A stretch of DNA of 64,000 nucleotides, from assembly GCA_964016885.1 (NCBI GenBank), contig OZ024745.1, positions 9,548,001 through 9,612,000 of the forward strand. Direction: 5' to 3'. Positions within the stretch are counted from its first letter, which is position 1. Each line of letters starts with the position of its first letter. Of this stretch, positions 53,573-64,000 are shown piece after piece. The position numbers and the translations under genes were made by a program. A model generated the notes under the pieces. It searched no databases, was not told the origin of the DNA, and saw only the letters and a program-made list of their open reading frames with translations. The DNA comes from Eledone cirrhosa. Taxonomy: Eukaryota.

Positions 53573-56493
53573 ATCATCATCATCATCATCATCAACGTTT
53601 AACGTCCGTGTTCCACGCTTGCATGGGTTTGGACGGGGGTAGTCCCACTTGAGGCAAGAGTGATTGTCTTGCTCGCATAGGACTGTCTGGCAGGTTTTCT
53701 ACAGTTGGATGCCCTTCCTAACACCAACCACATTTACAGTGTGGGTCTGGGAGGTTTTTACCGTGTTGCCTACACGGCCACATTACAGCGTGGACTGTGT
53801 GTTTTTTTGTCGTGACACCTACACGATCTCATTTGTTTCGGCCTCGATGGCGCGGCACCAACATAACTTTACATAGAACGGGGTGGTGTGGATCGGGTGG
53901 GGGTGGTGGTGGTGGGACGGGGTGTATTTTGTTAGAGATGCCTACTGGCTGGAGTAGGTTTTACTATATATTTAGGTAAGGCGGGTCTTCTCTGTTGCTG
54001 AGTACCGCCAAAGGTCTCGGTCCAGTGACATTGTCTTGGAGAGGTGTAAGTGTGTGATGTCGGAGTTTATCAGCTCGTCCCAGGTTTTTCTAGGTCTGCC
54101 TATTCCGTGACTACCGTCTATCTTTATTGCCCTGCACTTTGTTATACAGCTATCGACTTTCATGCGCATCACGTGTCCATACCAACGTAGCCTTCTCTCG
54201 AGTAAACAACATCTGATCCCTCTTATCTCTAATTTTTTCCTTAGTTCGTTTATGCTTTGCCGTTCACGTATATTACTGTTACACATCCAGCGGAGCATGC
54301 AAGCTTCGTTCCTCTCTAGTCTGCGTATATCCTCTGCACACAATGCCCAGGTCTCACTGCCATGCAGCATTGCTGTTCGTATGCAGGCATCGTACAACCT
54401 GCCTTTCATTTTTAGTGAGAACCCTTTAGCAGCTAATAGTGGTATAAGCTCTCTGAACTTTTTCCAACCAGTTCTGACTCTAGCTACAGTACTTTCAGAG
54501 CACCCTCCCCCACTGCTGATTTTATCGCCCAGGTAACGGAAGCTGTCCACTATTTCTATAGAACCCTCTGCGCAATTGAAAGAGCTAGTAGTTTGTGGGC
54601 ACTTGCTGCTACTTATTGCACCAGAGCACCGGCCACATGTAAAATCTATGTTCTTAGTTAGCTTACCTGTGATCCCACTACATCTTTTATGCACCCATAC
54701 TTTGCATTTAGGACATAAAATGGAGTTTCTACCTACGCCTTTCCTACACACCGAGCACGACCATTTCCCAGAAGGGACCGCCGCCTTGTTTTCTTTCCTA
54801 CAAACTAGTACTTTGGTCTTAGCCAGGTTAATTTTAAGTCCTTTTGACTCTAGGCCGTGCTTCCATGTTTGGAATTTCTTCTCTAGCTCGGCCATTGATT
54901 CCGCTATGAGTGTCAGGTCGTCTGCGTATAGGAGTTCCCATGGGCAGCCTGTCTTGAACTCCTCTGTTATAGCCTGAAGGGCAATAATAAATAGTAGTGG
55001 ACTGAGAACAGAGCCCTGATGGACGCCAACTTTTACGCTAAACTCTTCACTATATTCGTTGTTAATTCTAACCTTGCTGACTGTTTCTTTATACATGGCT
55101 TGTATAGCCCTCACAAGCCATTCGTCAACGCCTAGTTTTCTAAGAGCCCACCAGATAATGGAGCGGGGGACTCTGTCGAAGGCTTTCTCCAAGTCGACAA
55201 AAGCTAAGTAGAGGGGTTTACCTTTAGCTAGGTACTTCTCCTGTAGTTGTCGTACTATGAAAAGAGCGTCTGTGGTACTTTTGCCTGACACAAACCCGAA
55301 CTGCATTTCATCTAGGTCAATTCTCTCTCTGATTAGTTGCGCTATTACTTTTTCCGTGACCTTCATGACCTGGTCGATTAATTTAATGCCTCTATAGTTA
55401 CTCCTATCTAGGGCGTCTCCTTTACCCTTATAACAGTTAACGATGATGCTGCTATGCCAGTCCTTCGGAACAACCCCATTCTGTACGACTTGGTTAACTA
55501 TGCGGGTGACCATGGTGTGTCCCACCGTGCCAGATGCCTTCAGCATCTCAGCAACTATTTCCGAAGGCCCAGCCGCCTTACCAGTCTTCATATCCTTGAT
55601 TGCCTTACTTATTATACTCCCCTCGACTAACACTGCTGGTCCCTCTATTGGGTCGATATGGGGGAGACTGCCTTTCTCCCAATTATTCTCCTCATTTAGT
55701 AGCCTTTCATAGTGACACTTCCAAGCTACCTTCTTATCAGCGTCGGTGATGGCAAGTGTGCCATCGTCGTTTAGTACACACTTCTCCCCGACAATATCAC
55801 GGTTTTCCTTGACGCATTGCCTAGCAATCCTGAACACCTCACGTTTTTGGTCATCGCGTTGTAGAACATGCTTGAACTTTCTTTCCTCAGCTTCCCTTCT
55901 TGCTAAGTACACTTGTCTCCTAGCTTCCCTCCTGGCCACTTGATAGTCCTCTCTACTTCCCCCATCCCGCCATACTTTCCAAGCCTGCTTTTTGGCCTTA
56001 ATTGACCCCTCCACCTTACTGTTCCACCACCATGTTACTCTCCTCCTGCCTACAGGCCTGCTCCAGCCACAGACTTCGTCTGTCGCCAACAGCAGGTTTG
56101 CTTTCAGAAATTCCCACTCTCCCTCTATATTGTCAGACTCTAAATGTTCTTCCTTACTGTCGAAAGCATCAAGTAATATGCTTTGAAATTTATTCCTGGC
56201 TGTGGGGTCCTTTAGCTTCCATATTTTCCTCCTGAGGATAGTCCTCTTCTGTTGTCGAGTACGTCTCGTCCTGACTATGAGGTCGCTAATTATCAGTCTA
56301 TGTTGGGAGGTGCATTCTTCATGGGGGAGGGATTTAGTGTTTACAACAGACACTCTGTCACGTCTTCTGGTAAGGATATAATCTACCTGGCTTGTGTGTT
56401 CCCCGGATCTATAGGTGATCAGGTGATTGTCACGTTTTTTGAAGTTAGTGTTACAGATAGTTAGGTTATTTGCATCACAGAATTCCAGGATTC
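53573..56493 (-). mobile_element. RTE LINE family B, 5'-truncated within the endonuclease, intact frame
   Basis: 793-aa ORF with RT (YADD) and Cys/His finger; (GAT)n tail; (TA)n on both sides. Confidence 0.96.
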
Positions 56494-59371
<2,878 letters not shown>

Positions 59372-60335
59372 TACGTTAAATGTCTCTATCTGTTCTTCTT
59401 TACTGTCGTAGGCGTTGAGTAAAATATCTTTAAATCTGTTACTGGTTGAGGGGACTTTCAGCTTCCAGATCTTTCTTCTCCAGGTTGGCCTCTGTTTCAG
59501 GGCTCATCTAGTTCTGACCGTGAGGTCGCTGACAACTAAGCTATGTTGGGATGTACATTCCTCACTAGGGAAGGCTTTTGTGTTTACGACCGTCCATCTG
59601 TCACGTCCTCTGATGAGGATAAAATCTAACTGACTAGAGTGCTCCCCTGATCTATAGGTGATCAGGTGGTTGTCGGGTTTTTTAAAGTTTGTGTTACATA
59701 TCGACATGTCATTGGCGTCGCAGAATTCTAGAAGTCTGAATCCTTCCTCATTCCTTGTGCCAACTCCATGGCCTCCATGTACTCTATTGAAGCCGTCGCA
59801 GTGTTTACCTACGTGTCCGTTAAAATCTCCTGCAATGATTAGGAAGTCCTTGTCGTCTGTTAGAGCAGTAGTGTGTATTAGGGACTCGTAAAACCTATCC
59901 TTAAGTTCGTCTGGCAGCCCCGATTGGGGTGCGTAAGCTGATATTATTGTGGTAATTGTCTTATTCAGGACTAGTCTGAGTTTAATGATTCTTGCATTTA
60001 CCCTGTACACTGAGATTACTTTATCTACCCACTTGTCAGCTAATAGTATACCTACACCACCCATCCCATCGTCATTTCCCACCCAGAAAAATTTGTAGCA
60101 CTGGCTTTTTCCTACAAGGACTCTAGCAGACCCTCCTCTCCATCTAGTCTCTTGCACACAGCATACATCAACTTCCTTTCGCTCTAGCATTTCTACGATT
60201 TCTCCTGCTCTTCCTTTCATTGATGGTACATTGATGGTACCAACTCGGAGTTTTGGGCATTTGTCGACACTCGTAGGGGAGGGTCTCTGGGTTGGCGCTT
60301 CACGTGGGTGCTTGGTAGCTCGCAGATTCATATTT
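59372..60335 (-). mobile_element. RTE LINE family A, 5' third (APE endonuclease)
   Basis: ORF 59504-60331 (VQETRW, SAYAPQ, GDFNGHVG, LDFILI); beyond one in-frame TGA it continues into sequence identical to 50638-50700. Confidence 0.93.
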
Positions 60336-60370
60336 CATCTATTGATATTTCATCTATTTCATATTTCATC

Positions 60371-60408
<38 letters not shown>

Positions 60409-60426
60409 TATATATTTATATATATA

Positions 60427-60477
<51 letters not shown>

Positions 60478-60492
60478 TTATATATATATATT

Positions 60493-60525
<33 letters not shown>

Positions 60526-60926
60526 ATATATTTATATATATATATTTATATATATATATTTATATATATATATTTATATATATATATTTATATATATATT
60601 TATATATATATTTATATATATATTTATATATATATTTATATATATATTTATATATATATATTTATATATATATATTTATATATATATATTTATATATATA
60701 TATTTATATATATATTTATATATATATTTATATATATATTTATATATATTATATTTATATTTATATATATATTTATATATATATTTATATATATATTTAT
60801 ATTTATATATACTTATATATATATTTATATATATATTTATATTTATATATACTTATATATATATATTTATATATATATTTATATATATATTTATATATAT
60901 ATTTATATATAAATATATATATATAA

Positions 60927-60957
<31 letters not shown>

Positions 60958-60964
60958 AATATAA

Positions 60965-60996
<32 letters not shown>

Positions 60997-61203
60997 CTCT
61001 GTTTTTCGTTGCATGCATTTCTTCTTTTTCTTCGCTTTCTTTCTTTCCTTCTTTCTTTTTTTTTTCTCTATAACTGTCCCTAACATTTTTCACTACCAAA
61101 TCAACTTTTTAAATGGAAGTTGAAGTGTAAGGTATGTCAAATCTATCTATTTATAAGACTGTTTATATCGTATTTTGTCTGATGAAGGTATAGTATATAA
61201 TAT

Positions 61204-61268
<65 letters not shown>

Positions 61269-61281
61269 TATAATATATATA

Positions 61282-61437
<156 letters not shown>

Positions 61438-61445
61438 ATATATAT

Positions 61446-61541
<96 letters not shown>

Positions 61542-61542
61542 A

Positions 61543-61626
<84 letters not shown>

Positions 61627-61679
61627 TTATATATATATATATATTTATATATTTATTTATATATATATATATATTTATA

Positions 61680-61720
<41 letters not shown>

Positions 61721-61721
61721 T

Positions 61722-61848
<127 letters not shown>

Positions 61849-61851
61849 ATT

Positions 61852-61900
<49 letters not shown>

Positions 61901-61957
61901 ATATTTATATATATTTATATATATATATATTTATATATATATATATATTTATATATT

Positions 61958-61988
<31 letters not shown>

Positions 61989-62019
61989 ATATTTATATAT
62001 ATTTATATATATATATATT

Positions 62020-62146
<127 letters not shown>

Positions 62147-62320
62147 TTATATATTTATATATATATATATATTTATATACTGTCCTTAATTGGTTGAATG
62201 TTTGACCAAAGTCCAGCTGGAATGTCAGTCAGTTTGTTTCTAGATTTCTTTATTATTTATATGATTTCCTTTATTTGGAATAAAATTCTCTATATTGATT
62301 TATATTTATATATTTTCCAG

Positions 62321-62375
62321 AAAAGTACAGAAAGAAGATAAAATTCCTTTACAAGAAGATTATCAAGAATACAAA
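62321..62375 (+). CDS. FAM13A: FAM13A/B-like exon (KVQKEDKIPLQEDYQEYK)
   Basis: TTCCAG/GTAAGG; phase matches exon 31150-31251; resembles FAM13A NVQKEDRTPMAEEYSEYK. Confidence 0.95.
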
Positions 62376-63357
62376 GTAAGGTTAAATTTTGTGTTGCAGA
62401 ACAATTTCTCTCTTTCTCTTTCCCTTACACACATTGTCAGAGTTGTTAGAGCATCACACAAAATGCTTTGCTGTATTCAACTACAACCCTTCATGTTACT
62501 GGTTCAAATCCCACTGAGGCCAACTTTTAAATAAAATAAAGTACCAGTAAAGTACTGAGGGTCAATATAATTGACTTCTTCCTGGATTTGTGCTTTAATT
62601 AGAAATCATTTATTTAGATATTTTAGTGTATATGTAGCTGATCATCCAAACTTTTACGAAGCACTGAGGGGATAAATTTAATATAAAGAGTGGTTTGCTC
62701 ATGTGTGGATATGCTATCAAATAGCTTATAATATAGGCTGAAGACCCTTAAAGATGGAAATGGTAGTGGCCATCAGCTGCTATGAGGAATTGAACTCCAT
62801 ATCTCGCAGATACCAGCTAAGCTGGTCTCTTGAATTGCAGGAACAGTTCATTTTTACCAGGTGAGTGGACTAGATCAATGTGAAATAAAATGCCTTGCTC
62901 AAGAACACTAAGCACTGCTCTGTTCAGGAGTCAAACTCACCACCTTATAATCATGAGTCAAACATTCTAACCACTAAGCCATGAACCTTCACTGTCTAAC
63001 AGGCTTCTTGACACCTGTTGCACTCTGTTCACTCTGTTGCACCTGAATGTATCCAAGGTGATGAAGCTGTAAAACTGGATGGATGCCAGACTCAACGCCT
63101 TTCAGTATATAGTTCCAGCCTCCTTTCTTTTAGTCAATAAAATAAATATCAAACATGTACTGGGTTCATTTCATCTATTAGCTTTCAATTTGGAGGATTG
63201 TTCTGTCATTTTGAATCTAGTATAACCTCTTCTATACAAATGTATATAATCTACTATAACCCCTTCTATACAAATGTATTGTTTTATGTCAATTTGAGAT
63301 ATCATTATTATTATTATTGTCTAATAGTTATTTATATTTTTTCCTTATGTCTTCCAG

Positions 63358-63423
63358 CAAGTAAAAGCAAGATTACGTCTGCTTGAGGCTCTGTTATCTA
63401 AATATCAGCAACAGAAACTGTAA
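63358..63423 (+). CDS. FAM13A: FAM13A/B-like last coding exon (QVKARLRLLEALLSKYQQQKL*)
   Basis: TTCCAG acceptor, TAA at 63421-63423; resembles FAM13A HIKAKLRLLEVLISK. Confidence 0.95.
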   Translation, partial: QVKARLRLLEALLSKYQQQKL

Positions 63424-64000
63424 GCATCGTGATTGTTATTCCTGTTGTTGTTGCCATCACTGTCATCTTCACTCTTGAGCTGTATCAGTGTTTTTCTAAC
63501 AATTCACATGAACCAGTTTCTACAGAAGGCTCTTCTGCACAGTTCTATATAACTTACAACCTTAAGAACATTGTCTGAAATAACCTTCTCCTCTCTATAG
63601 TATTGCCTGTGCAGATAATCTGAAGTTCCACCATTTTTTTTTTCCAACTGTCTGCAGACAGAAACCATTGCTCACTGGTGTACTTGTCGTAAAATGTCAT
63701 AGAATACCAATATCTCTATTCTATGACATTTTCTGCCAATCAGAGAAAATAGAAACGTTCTGAGATAATCATTCTGTTCATACCGATCACATACTTATGT
63801 CTAATTGCTGCCATTAAACATCTCTTGTAACTGTTTTATTACCAAAGACATTTCTTCTTATTAAAGACCAACTGTTCGTTATGCAAACTACTCAAAACAA
63901 TCTGTTTGATAATTGTTCTGTTTTGCCTCATGCCTCACTGTCTCAGCTTGAGGACCACCCTTCCCTCATGTTGTTATTTGGTTTTATTTATACTTCCCCT

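Noticed and set aside
59504-59506. In-frame TGA as selenocysteine or readthrough
   Set aside because: Falls in an Arg-rich linker and is most simply a CGA to TGA mutation; no SECIS recognised.
62735-62775. CTGAAGA...GAAA hammerhead-like words
   Set aside because: Stems II and III cannot be formed convincingly.

Overview
AT-rich, microsatellite-dense animal DNA; the repeat landscape suggests a coleoid cephalopod such as octopus (inference). The window holds the 3' half of a + strand FAM13A/B-like gene. Eleven GT-AG coding exons (6040-63423) splice into one continuous frame, and there is one candidate upstream cassette exon. Introns are packed with retroelements: three RTE-clade LINE families (APE endonuclease, RT, PHD-like Cys/His finger, (GAT)n tails), often set in (TA)n tracts; a Penelope-like element (RT + GIY-YIG); two tRNA-derived SINE families; CR1, CRE-like and R4/Dong-like remnants; a complete non-autonomous Helitron; and several minisatellites. 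The most striking unannotated signal is a set of type I hammerhead ribozyme motifs. These include a 3 x 310-bp retrozyme-like tandem array beside the Penelope element and two further hammerhead elements associated with long inverted repeats. All calls are by eye; no database search or folding was run.
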